A stretch of DNA of 39,193 bases from an uncultured bacterium (GTDB lineage: Bacteria; CAYJRR01), in the NCBI GenBank assembly GCA_964372275.1, contig CAYJRR010000029.1, positions 1 to 39,193 of the forward strand, read 5' to 3'. The notes beneath the pieces were generated by a model, which saw only the letters and a list, made by a program, of their open reading frames with translations, did no database searches and was not told the origin of the DNA. Position numbers and translations under genes: made by a program. This document shows, in pieces, positions 27,502-35,810 of this stretch; the stretch's first letter is position 1; every line of letters starts with the position of its first letter.

Positions 27502-27963
27502 TTACGCCTTCTTCTTCCCTTCGGCGGCGATGTTGACCACCTTCGCCCCGGCGTTCTCGGCGAGCATCACTACCTTGCGGATGTCGCCGTACGTCGCGCG
27601 GTCGTCCCCTTTCACCAGGATCGGCAGGAAGGGGTTGGTGCGGAGCATCGCGGAAAGGCGCTCCTTGAGCTCCTCCTCCGAGATCATCCGGTTCTTCTTC
27701 TTGGCCTTGAGCGAGCCCGGATCGACCACGTCGTCGGTGATCCAGATGATCCCGTCCTCGGTGATCGAGACGACGAAGTCGGTGGCGGCGCGCTCGTCCT
27801 TGTCGGCGCCGTGCTCCGACTTGGGGAGCCTCACGTCGACGCCGGTCGTCATCATCGGCGTGACCACCATGAAGATGATCAGCAGCACCAGGACGATGTC
27901 GATCAGCGGGACGACGTTGATGTCGGCGGAACGACCGCCGTCGTGGTTACGAACGCCCGCCAT
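27502..27963 (-). CDS. exbD: ExbD/TolR-family protein
   Basis: [43 protein letters not shown]. Confidence 0.9.
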   Translation of the reverse strand: MAGVRNHDGGRSADINVVPLIDIVLVLLIIFMVVTPMMTTGVDVRLPKSEHGADKDERAATDFVVSITEDGIIWITDDVVDPGSLKAKKKNRMISEEELKERLSAMLRTNPFLPILVKGDDRATYGDIRKVVMLAENAGAKVVNIAAEGKKKA

Positions 27964-28732
27964 GGGCCACACCCGTCGCCGCCGCCGCCGTCCCGCGCCC
28001 GCGGTCCTTCTCGAAGTAGTCGAGCAGCTCGAGCATCGAGTTGTTCATGTCGACGCTGAACGTCTCCACGCGGTTGGAGAAGTAGTTGAAGAACCAGACC
28101 GCCGGGACCGCCACGAACAGGCCGAAGGCGGTGGTGATCAACGCCTCCGAGATGCCACCGGCGATCTTGGTGATGCCGCCCCCCTCCCCCATGTCCTGGA
28201 ACGACTTGATGATCCCGAAGACCGTCCCGAACAGGCCGACGAACGGGGCGGTGTTGGCGATCGTCGCCAGCGCCCCGAGTCCGCGACGAAGCTCCAGCAA
28301 CTCGAGCTGGATCGTCCGCTCGATCGCCTTGCGCGCGCTTTCGACCACGTCGTTGCCGCCGTTCCGCCCGCCGAGGAACTCGCGGATCCCCGCCGAGCAG
28401 ACCCGCGCGACGTGGCTCTGTTGGACGTCGGCCCCCTCCGCGGTCTCCCCCGCCTCCTTGAGCCGGTTCGCCGCGAGGTGCTCGGTGATCGCCTCCGCGA
28501 ACAGCTGCGACTGGGCGAACGCCTTGCGGTAGGCGAGGAGCCGCTCGATGAAGATCCCGAGCGACAGGAGCGACATGATCCCCAGGGTCAGCGCCACCCC
28601 CTTGGCGACCCACCCCATGTGGGCCCACATGTTCCCCAGGGTGAACGCCGCCGCGAGGTCGGAGGCGTCGCTGGATCCGGCGCCCAGCAGGAGCGGAAGC
28701 GAAGCGGCCATCGATTCGAGAGGCAGGTGCAT
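27947..28732 (-). CDS. exbB: MotA/TolQ/ExbB proton-channel protein
   Basis: AGGAG RBS; LATIANTAPFVGLFGTVFGII and GISEALITTAFGLFVAVPA. Confidence 0.92.
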   Translation of the reverse strand: MHLPLESMAASLPLLLGAGSSDASDLAAAFTLGNMWAHMGWVAKGVALTLGIMSLLSLGIFIERLLAYRKAFAQSQLFAEAITEHLAANRLKEAGETAEGADVQQSHVARVCSAGIREFLGGRNGGNDVVESARKAIERTIQLELLELRRGLGALATIANTAPFVGLFGTVFGIIKSFQDMGEGGGITKIAGGISEALITTAFGLFVAVPAVWFFNYFSNRVETFSVDMNNSMLELLDYFEKDRGRGTAAAATGVAHGGRS

Positions 28733-28750
28733 GAGGGGGGCTCTCCTACG

Positions 28751-29446
28751 TTAGCGAAGCTGGAACTGGAGATTGACCTTCGACTTCCACATGATCGGGC
28801 GGCCGTTGACGATCACCGGTTGGTACCGCCATTTCTTGATCGTCGCAAGCGCCGGCTCGTCGAAGGGGGGCTGGCTCTTGAGCACCGTGGCGCTGACCAC
28901 CGCCCCGGTGACGTCGACGACGATCTCGACCAGGACGTTGCCGATGAGATTGGCATTGCGGGCGATCGCCGGATACGGGGGCCGAGGCTGGAAGATCGGC
29001 ACCGGGGTGATGCCGTGGGCGTTGACGTCGATCGGTCCATCGCCCGTCCCGCCGATCACTCTGCCGACGACCCCCCCGACGACACCGCCCACGACCCCGC
29101 CCTCCACCCCCCCTTCGACCCCCTCGTCCGGGGCATCGCTGGCGTCGGTCTCCGGCGGGGTCTCGTTCGGGATCTCCTTCGGCTGCACGAACTCCGGCTT
29201 GGTCTCCGGGACGTCGACCTTCGGCTTGGGCTTGTCCTTCTTCCCGCCCCCCGGGGGCGGCGGCGGGGGGGGCGGCGGCGGCGCCATGAAGGAGAGCTCG
29301 ATCGGCTCCTGCGTCACGACCTCGACCGCCATCTTGCCGAGCCACAGGATTCCGGCGACCGCCCCGACATGGAGCGCGAGCGCGGCGCCGATCGTCGTCA
29401 GGCGTCGCTGGGTCTCCCCCGGACGACCGTGTCGCGTGTCGAACAT
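28751..29446 (-). CDS. tonB: Energy transducer TonB
   Basis: N-terminal TM with His (ALALHV), poly-Pro, GGVEGGVVGG stretch, C-terminal PPYPAIAR..GNVLVEIVVD..KWRYQP. Confidence 0.9.
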   Translation of the reverse strand: MFDTRHGRPGETQRRLTTIGAALALHVGAVAGILWLGKMAVEVVTQEPIELSFMAPPPPPPPPPPGGGKKDKPKPKVDVPETKPEFVQPKEIPNETPPETDASDAPDEGVEGGVEGGVVGGVVGGVVGRVIGGTGDGPIDVNAHGITPVPIFQPRPPYPAIARNANLIGNVLVEIVVDVTGAVVSATVLKSQPPFDEPALATIKKWRYQPVIVNGRPIMWKSKVNLQFQLR

Positions 29447-29527
29447 GGGAACGCTCTTTCTACGAGGGCACGGCGAGGGTCGTCAAACGATTCCTTGGGA
29501 TCGGACAACGCCGTTCCCGTTCCGGTT

Positions 29528-30370
29528 CTACCCCTTCACCCCGCCCGCCGTGAGCCCGCCAACCAGGTGTTTTTGAAGGGCATAGAACAGCGCCATGACG
29601 GGCGCGCTGGTGAGGATCGCGCCGGCCGCGAACGGACCCCACGCGGTCTGGTGCTCCCCCACCTGCCGCTGGAGGGCGATGGGGAGGGTGAACAGCGCCG
29701 GATCGTTCAGCAGCGTCGCCGCCAGGATGAACTCGTTCCAGGCGTTCATGAACGAGAAGAGCGCCGTCACCGCCAGCATCGGCGCGGCGAGCGGCAGCAT
29801 CACGCGGCGAAAGGTGGTCCATGCCGAGGCGCCATCGATGCGCGCCGCCTCCTCCAGCTCCTTGGGAAGGGTGTCGAAGTAGCCCTTCAACATCCAGGTG
29901 GAGAACGGGACGGAGGTCGTCGAGTAGACGATCGCCAGACCCAGCAGCGAGTTCAAAAGACCCAGCCGATCGAGCAGGAGGTAGAGCGGGATCAGCGTGA
30001 CGACGCCGGGGAAGATCTGCGTCAGGAGGAAGGCGGTCAGCCCGGCATCGCGGCCGGGGAAGCGGAACCGAGAGAAGGCATAGGCGGCCGTCGCCGAGAG
30101 CGAGACGCCGACGACCGTCGTCCCGCCGGCGACGACCAGCGAGTTCAGGAGCTGGCGGCCGAAGGTCCACCGGCCCGACGGATCGCGGGCGAGCGCGAAG
30201 GCGGCGAAGTTCTCGCCGGAGACCTCCTCCGGAAACGGCCAGGGGGACGGGTCGAACGACGACCCCGGCGTGAGCGCCATCTTCAGCACCCACAGAACCG
30301 GGTAGATCGCGACGACGCTGGCCGGCACGAGCACGGCGTGGGGCCAGAGTCGCGCGATGGCGCGCCTCAT
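29528..30370 (-). CDS. malG: Maltose/maltodextrin ABC permease MalG
   Basis: ATG at 30370 overlapping the upstream stop; AAYAFSRFRFPG, EAA loop LEEAARIDGA, WNEFILA, VGGLTAGGVKG. Confidence 0.9.
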   Translation of the reverse strand: MRRAIARLWPHAVLVPASVVAIYPVLWVLKMALTPGSSFDPSPWPFPEEVSGENFAAFALARDPSGRWTFGRQLLNSLVVAGGTTVVGVSLSATAAYAFSRFRFPGRDAGLTAFLLTQIFPGVVTLIPLYLLLDRLGLLNSLLGLAIVYSTTSVPFSTWMLKGYFDTLPKELEEAARIDGASAWTTFRRVMLPLAAPMLAVTALFSFMNAWNEFILAATLLNDPALFTLPIALQRQVGEHQTAWGPFAAGAILTSAPVMALFYALQKHLVGGLTAGGVKG

Positions 30371-32664
30371 CGCGCCCCCTCCGCCGCGGCCGCCACGCGG
30401 GTCGAGACGGCGCTCCACCCGAGGAGCAGCAGAAAGATCAGCACGGCGTAGGCCGCGGCGTAGCCGAACTGCTCCTGGCGCGCGAAGGCCCAGCGGTAGG
30501 CCTCGCTGATCAGGATGTCGGTCGAGCTGTCGGGCTCGCCGCCGGAGACGAGGTAGACGACGTTGAACTGGTTGAAGGTCCAGACGGTGCCGAGCAGGAC
30601 CGCCGGCACGAGCGCCGGCCACAGGAGCGGCATCGTCACGTGCTTGAACGTCGCCAGCCGCCCGGCGCCGTCGACCGACGCCGCCTCGTAGAGATCGCGC
30701 GGGATCGCCTGCAGGCTGCCCAGACAGACGACCATCATGAACGGGAAGCCGAGCCAGGCGTTGGTGCAGAGGTTGGCGAAGAAGGCGGTCCCGAACGAGC
30801 CGAACCAGGCGACCGGCTCCACGCCGACCAGGTGGAGCAGTCCGTTGATCGCGCCGAGCTGCTTGTGAAACAGCCCCTTCCAGAGCAGGGCGGTGATGTA
30901 GTTGGGAACCGCCCAGGGGAGGATCAAGAGAACCCGGTAGAGCGGCCGGAGCGCCAGCAGCGGGCGCGCGAGCAGGAGCGCGAGCAGCAGACCGATCCCG
31001 ACGTGAAGGGCGAGGTTCGCCGCCGTCCAGAGCAGCGTCACCGCCAGCGCGTAGTAGAACGACAGCGGCTCCGTCGGGCCGTAGGTGCGCGCGGCCAGGA
31101 TGTCGACGAAGTTGGTGAGGCCGACGAAGGTCCACCGTCCGGCGCGGTGGTCGAACAGGGAGAGGGCGATCCCGACGGCGAGTGGAACGAAGAGAAGCAC
31201 GGAGGTGGCGACCGCGGCCGGGAGGATCCAGCTCCAGGCCCGGGCGGCACGGCCCAGCTCCTTGCGGCGCTGGAGCCCGGCGACGCGTCGGAGAAGCAGT
31301 CCAGAGGCGCCGACGAGACCGGCCACCGCCAGCACCACGTAGGGGAGCGGCGAGGCGGTGGCCGGCGGCGGACGATGGGTGGCGGCGTGGCGCCGCATCG
31401 CCGCCTTCGCCGCCTGCTCGGGGGTCCCCTCGCCGCGCAGCACCTTGCGAACGGCGAGATCGCCCGGCTCCCAGACGACGCGCATCGCCGGCCGGTTGTC
31501 CATCGGGACGGATCGCGGAAGCTGGGCGCGGAAGGCGGCGAGGATCGGATCGCCGCCGATCGCCGAATCGTCCCAGGTGGCGCGGTGGGCGACCGCCTGA
31601 CGGCCGACCCGCGCGCGGAGGGCGGCCCCCTCCCCGCCCGCGAGGAAGCCGGCGACGGCGCGCGCGTCGTCGACCGACCGCGCGGCGGCACTGACGATCA
31701 CCGCCTCCGCGGTGAGGAACGGCGCGGCGGGAAGGCCGGTCTCGCTCACCACCGGCAGCGGCGCGACGCCGAACGCCTTGCCGGCCGGGATCTCGCCCAG
31801 GAACCATGGGCCGCTGATCGCCATCGCCGCCCGCCCCTCGGCGAACAGGCGGGCCACCAGCGCGCCGCTCACCTCGTCGGGGATCGCCCGCCGCGCCCGG
31901 AGACGTTCGAGGAACGCGAGCGACGCGAGCGATTCCGGGCTGTCGAGTCTCGGCCGATCGCCGTCGAACAGCCGCCCGCCGAAGCCGAAGAACCAGGGGG
32001 CGTGGAAGTAGAAGAGGCTCGCTTCGTAGGCCAGGGCGAATCGGCCGTCCGCCGAGAACCGCTCCGCGAGCTCGAGCAGGTCGTCGGTCGTGCGCGGCGG
32101 CTCGGGGACCAGCCCCTTGTCGTAGAACAGGGCGAGGCTCTTGAACGCGAGCGGCAGCCCCCAGACGCGACCCCGGTACTCGAGCGGCGGCAACGTCTCG
32201 GGGAGAAACGCGGCGCGCTCCTCGGGGTCGAGCTCGACGGGCGCGAGCAGGCCGGCGTCGACCCAGCCGCCGATCCGTTCGTGGGCGAAGACGAACAGGT
32301 CGGGTCCGTTCCCGTTCGGAATGGCGACGGTCAGCTTCGACGCCATCACTTCGTTGGGGAGCCCGAGAAGCTCGACGCGGAGATCCGGCCGCGACGCGTG
32401 GAAGCGTTCGACCACCTGGTGCAGCGCCCGTTCCTCGGCGCCGCGATAGCTGTGCCAGAGGACGACCGGGCGAGGTTCGGCGGAGGCCTCGGCGGAGAAG
32501 AACAGCCCCGGAAGAACGAGAAGAAAATTGAAAATGGAAAATGGAAAACCGGCGAATGGAAAATGGATCCGGGACGATCCGGTTCTCCACGTACCGGTGA
32601 ATGGAAGACGGGACCTCCGCGATCCCGTTTTCCATCTGCCGGTTTTCAATTCTCCATCTTCCAT
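30367..32664 (-). CDS. Fused sugar-binding protein (MalE-like) and permease (MalF-like)
   Basis: Single [37 protein letters not shown] (substrate-binding domain), followed by [41 protein letters not shown] (permease). The start codon is uncertain; the in-frame ATG at 32664 was used. Confidence 0.85.
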   Translation of the reverse strand: MEDGELKTGRWKTGSRRSRLPFTGTWRTGSSRIHFPFAGFPFSIFNFLLVLPGLFFSAEASAEPRPVVLWHSYRGAEERALHQVVERFHASRPDLRVELLGLPNEVMASKLTVAIPNGNGPDLFVFAHERIGGWVDAGLLAPVELDPEERAAFLPETLPPLEYRGRVWGLPLAFKSLALFYDKGLVPEPPRTTDDLLELAERFSADGRFALAYEASLFYFHAPWFFGFGGRLFDGDRPRLDSPESLASLAFLERLRARRAIPDEVSGALVARLFAEGRAAMAISGPWFLGEIPAGKAFGVAPLPVVSETGLPAAPFLTAEAVIVSAAARSVDDARAVAGFLAGGEGAALRARVGRQAVAHRATWDDSAIGGDPILAAFRAQLPRSVPMDNRPAMRVVWEPGDLAVRKVLRGEGTPEQAAKAAMRRHAATHRPPPATASPLPYVVLAVAGLVGASGLLLRRVAGLQRRKELGRAARAWSWILPAAVATSVLLFVPLAVGIALSLFDHRAGRWTFVGLTNFVDILAARTYGPTEPLSFYYALAVTLLWTAANLALHVGIGLLLALLLARPLLALRPLYRVLLILPWAVPNYITALLWKGLFHKQLGAINGLLHLVGVEPVAWFGSFGTAFFANLCTNAWLGFPFMMVVCLGSLQAIPRDLYEAASVDGAGRLATFKHVTMPLLWPALVPAVLLGTVWTFNQFNVVYLVSGGEPDSSTDILISEAYRWAFARQEQFGYAAAYAVLIFLLLLGWSAVSTRVAAAAEGAR

Positions 32665-32665
32665 T
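32526..32665. repeat. Imperfect 41-bp inverted repeat built from AAATGGA-like heptamers, with a third internal copy
   Basis: 32526-32566 matches the reverse complement of 32625-32665 at 34/41 positions; partial copy at 32594-32613. Confidence 0.8.
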
Positions 32666-33803
32666 GCCGTGGAGGCTCGGCCGTTCGTGCGACGCCGTTG
32701 GCGCCCGCGTTCGGCGCCATCGCGGCGCCGTCCCTTCCGAATAGGTGGATCCGGTCGGGCACCGGGTCGAATCCGACTCGATCCCCGATCCGCGCCTCCG
32801 CGGCGCGGCGTCCCTCCAGGCGGGCGACGATCGTCCCGGCCTCGGTCCGCACGTGCGCGAACGCTTCCCAGCCCATCGGTTCCAGCGCCACCACCTCGCC
32901 GCGGAGCCGCGACCCTTCGACCAGGTCGTGGGGGCGGATCCCCAGCGTCGTCCTCCCCGCCGGGAACCGCGCGCCGAGCGGGATCCGGATCCCCGCGGCG
33001 TGAAAGGTCGATCCGTCCGCGAGGCCCCCGCCCGTTCCCGCCACCACCGGACCCGCGTCGTCGGCTACCTCCCCGTCCAGGAAGTTCATCGACGGGGAGC
33101 CGATGAAGCCCGCGACGAAGCGGTTCGCCGGACGGTGAAACAGGTCGAGCGGCGCGGCCACCTGCTGGAGCCGGCCGCCGTCGAGCACCGCGATCCGCGT
33201 CGCCAGCGTCATCGCCTCCACCTGGTCGTGGGTCACGTAGACCATGGTGGTGCCGAGCCGGCGGTGGAGGGCGCCCAGCTCGGCGCGCATCTGCACCCGC
33301 AGCGCGGCGTCGAGGTTCGACAGCGGCTCGTCGAAGAGGAAGACCTGCGGGTGGCGGGCGATGGCGCGGCCCATCGCCACCCGCTGCCGCTGCCCCCCCG
33401 AGAGCGCGCGCGGCCTTCGCTCGAGAAGGTCGCCGAGGTCGAGCATCCGCGCCACCTCCGTCACCCGGGCGTCGATCTCGGCCGCCGGCATCCGTCGCAG
33501 GACGAGTCCGAACGCCAGGTTCTCGCGCACCGTCATGTGGGGATAGAGGGCGTAGGACTGGAAGACCATGGCGATGTCCCGGTCCTTCGGCGACCGGTCG
33601 TTGACCACCTGCCCGCCGATCCGCACCTCGCCCTGGGTCACCTCCTCGAGTCCGGCGATCATCCGCAGGCAGGTGCTCTTGCCGCACCCGGAGCGTCCGA
33701 CCAACACCAGGAGCTCGCCGTCGGCGACGGCCAGCGAAAGCGAGCGGACGACCTCCACGTCGCCGTACCGCTTCTCCACTCCGACCAGCTCGACCGACGC
33801 CAC
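32646..33803 (-). CDS. malK: Sugar ABC transporter ATPase MalK/UgpC-type
   Basis: [67 protein letters not shown] before the GTG. Confidence 0.93.
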   Translation of the reverse strand: MASVELVGVEKRYGDVEVVRSLSLAVADGELLVLVGRSGCGKSTCLRMIAGLEEVTQGEVRIGGQVVNDRSPKDRDIAMVFQSYALYPHMTVRENLAFGLVLRRMPAAEIDARVTEVARMLDLGDLLERRPRALSGGQRQRVAMGRAIARHPQVFLFDEPLSNLDAALRVQMRAELGALHRRLGTTMVYVTHDQVEAMTLATRIAVLDGGRLQQVAAPLDLFHRPANRFVAGFIGSPSMNFLDGEVADDAGPVVAGTGGGLADGSTFHAAGIRIPLGARFPAGRTTLGIRPHDLVEGSRLRGEVVALEPMGWEAFAHVRTEAGTIVARLEGRRAAEARIGDRVGFDPVPDRIHLFGRDGAAMAPNAGANGVARTAEPPRQWKMEN

Positions 33804-33876
33804 GGGGGCCTCCGCGAAACGCCGGACTCTACCACCGCCGGCGCGCCGCGACGAGACGCGCTACGCTCGGGACTGC

Positions 33877-35172
33877 GTGCGGTTCGACGTGGCGATCATC
33901 GGTGCGGGTCCGGCGGGGTGCGCGATGGCTCTCGCGCTGCGGGCGCTCACGCCGTCGGCGCGGGTGCTTCTGCTCGACGCGGCGCGCTTTCCCCGCGTGA
34001 AGCCCTGCGGTGGGGCGATCTCGCGGCGCGGGCTCCGCGTCCTGCTCGCGCTCGGCGCCCCCGCCGGTGGCGACGGCATGACGCTGCGTTCGGCCGAGCT
34101 GCGAGACGGGCGAGCGTCGCGCACCGTCGCGCCCGAGATCGACGATCCCCTCGGCATCGTGGTGTCGCGCGTCGACTTCGACGACACGCTCCTGTCGGCG
34201 GCGCGCGCTCGCGGGGTCGAGGTGCGGGAAGGGACGCGTGTCCGTGCGATCGGTCCCTGGCTCGCGGACGACCTGCCCGCGGGCGGCGGCGCGACGGGAC
34301 GCGCCGGATCGGGGCGCCGGCTGGAGACGACGGCCGGGCCGGTCGACGCCCGGGTGGTCGTCGGCGCCGACGGAGCGACGAGCGTCGCGGCGACGCAGGT
34401 GCGGCGCGAGCGCGGCGGTCCTCGACCGCGCCTGGCCACCGCGATCGAGCGGATCACCGGCGGCGGATCGGACGACCCGCCGCGAGACCGGATGCGCTAC
34501 GACTTCGACGTCGGCGCCGGTCGCGATCGCTGCCTCGGCTACGCCTGGGACTTCCCGTGTCCGCACTCTCGGACCGACGCCCAGGGCTCCCCCGCGCGCC
34601 GCCCCCAGGTGGGGGCCGTCGCCTTCAATCGGGGTGTCTACAGCATCGTTCCGCGGTCGCTTCCGCTCCCGACACCCGCCATCGCCGAGCGCCTCCGCCG
34701 CCGGCGCGGCGATCCCCCCGCGCTCGACCGCGCGCGCGCCTGGCCCGAGCTGCTCTACGACGAGCGCCGGCCGATCGCCGCCCCCGGACTGTTCCTGGCG
34801 GGCGAGGCGATCGGCGTCCACCCTCTCACCGGTGAGGGGATCGCCCCGGCACTCGAGTCGGCGCTCGTCGTCGCGCCGTGGATCGCCGCGGCGCTTCGGG
34901 AGCCACCGGGCCCCTTTGCCGACGCCGCGTTTCGCTTTCGACGGACGATGCTCGGCCGTCGGTTGGCGCTGGGCAGCCGCTTGGCCGCCCTGCTCTACGG
35001 ACCGCGCGGCGGTCTCTGGCGCGAAGCGGCGCTCGGCGACGCGCGGCTCCGCGAGCTCCTTCTCCTGGACTTCGCCGGCGATCTCGATCTTCCCGCCCGG
35101 AAGGCGGAGCTCGTCACCCGCTTCGCTCGCCACGTGACGGTGACCGGCCTGCGTCGGCTATTCGGGGCGTGA
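33877..35172 (+). CDS. FAD-dependent oxidoreductase (geranylgeranyl reductase-like family)
   Basis: GTG start; FDVAIIGAGPAG, FPRVKPCGG, RVDFD, VVGADGATS, YAWDFP, LAGEA..PLTGEGI. Confidence 0.85.
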   Translation: MRFDVAIIGAGPAGCAMALALRALTPSARVLLLDAARFPRVKPCGGAISRRGLRVLLALGAPAGGDGMTLRSAELRDGRASRTVAPEIDDPLGIVVSRVDFDDTLLSAARARGVEVREGTRVRAIGPWLADDLPAGGGATGRAGSGRRLETTAGPVDARVVVGADGATSVAATQVRRERGGPRPRLATAIERITGGGSDDPPRDRMRYDFDVGAGRDRCLGYAWDFPCPHSRTDAQGSPARRPQVGAVAFNRGVYSIVPRSLPLPTPAIAERLRRRRGDPPALDRARAWPELLYDERRPIAAPGLFLAGEAIGVHPLTGEGIAPALESALVVAPWIAAALREPPGPFADAAFRFRRTMLGRRLALGSRLAALLYGPRGGLWREAALGDARLRELLLLDFAGDLDLPARKAELVTRFARHVTVTGLRRLFGA

Positions 35173-35197
35173 ACGCGCGCCGCCGTCCCGCGGTGAT

Positions 35198-35755
35198 CTA
35201 CGTGAGGCAGTCGTTCGCGGGGGTCGAAAGCTGGCGGTCCTGGTTGATCGTCCAGTGGTCGAGGGTGACGGTGCCGTCGGGTCCGATGTCGCCCGCCGCC
35301 CCGACCCGGAACGACTGGGCGTCGAGGCTCGTCGGCGGCAGGTCGGCTTCGGTCAGCGGGTCCCCGGCGAGACTGACCATCTTGGCGGTGGAGTAGCGGA
35401 AGGGATCACCCACGACCTCGGGGCGCGCGGTGGTGTTCCGCGTGCCGTCGTGGTCGGAGAGCCCCGCCACCGATGCCGGCGCCGCCACCGCGAACCCGAA
35501 CAGGTAGTGCGGTGAGCCGTCGGGGAGCCATCCGAGCGAGACGATGTCGGTGCTGAAGGTGTTGTGCTCGCCGAAGAACGACTTCTCGGAGGTAAAGATC
35601 GAGCCGAGCGCCGTCTTGGCCTCCGACTGCTTCGACTTGCACTGGAAGGAGAAGTAGTTCGGCACGGCCACCGCGACCAGCACCCCGATGACCCCCAGGA
35701 CGATCAACAGCTCGATGAGCGTGAAGCCGCACGAACGGCCGAATGGCGTCTTCAT
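35198..35755 (-). CDS. Type IV pilin (PilA-like)
   Basis: Prepilin site G|FTLIELLIVLGVIGVLVAVAVP followed by KSKQSEAK..IFTSEKSFF; C-terminal DHWTIN...NDC. Confidence 0.85.
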   Translation of the reverse strand: MKTPFGRSCGFTLIELLIVLGVIGVLVAVAVPNYFSFQCKSKQSEAKTALGSIFTSEKSFFGEHNTFSTDIVSLGWLPDGSPHYLFGFAVAAPASVAGLSDHDGTRNTTARPEVVGDPFRYSTAKMVSLAGDPLTEADLPPTSLDAQSFRVGAAGDIGPDGTVTLDHWTINQDRQLSTPANDCLT

Positions 35756-35810
35756 GCGACCACGGTAGACCCGGCCACGCGGCGAACCGGTTGACCGGCG
35801 TCACGCCCGG

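Noticed and set aside
27437-27929. Near-identical ~40-bp DNA segments in the two exbD genes
   Set aside because: Explained by the conserved [20 protein letters not shown] transmembrane motif of the paralogs.
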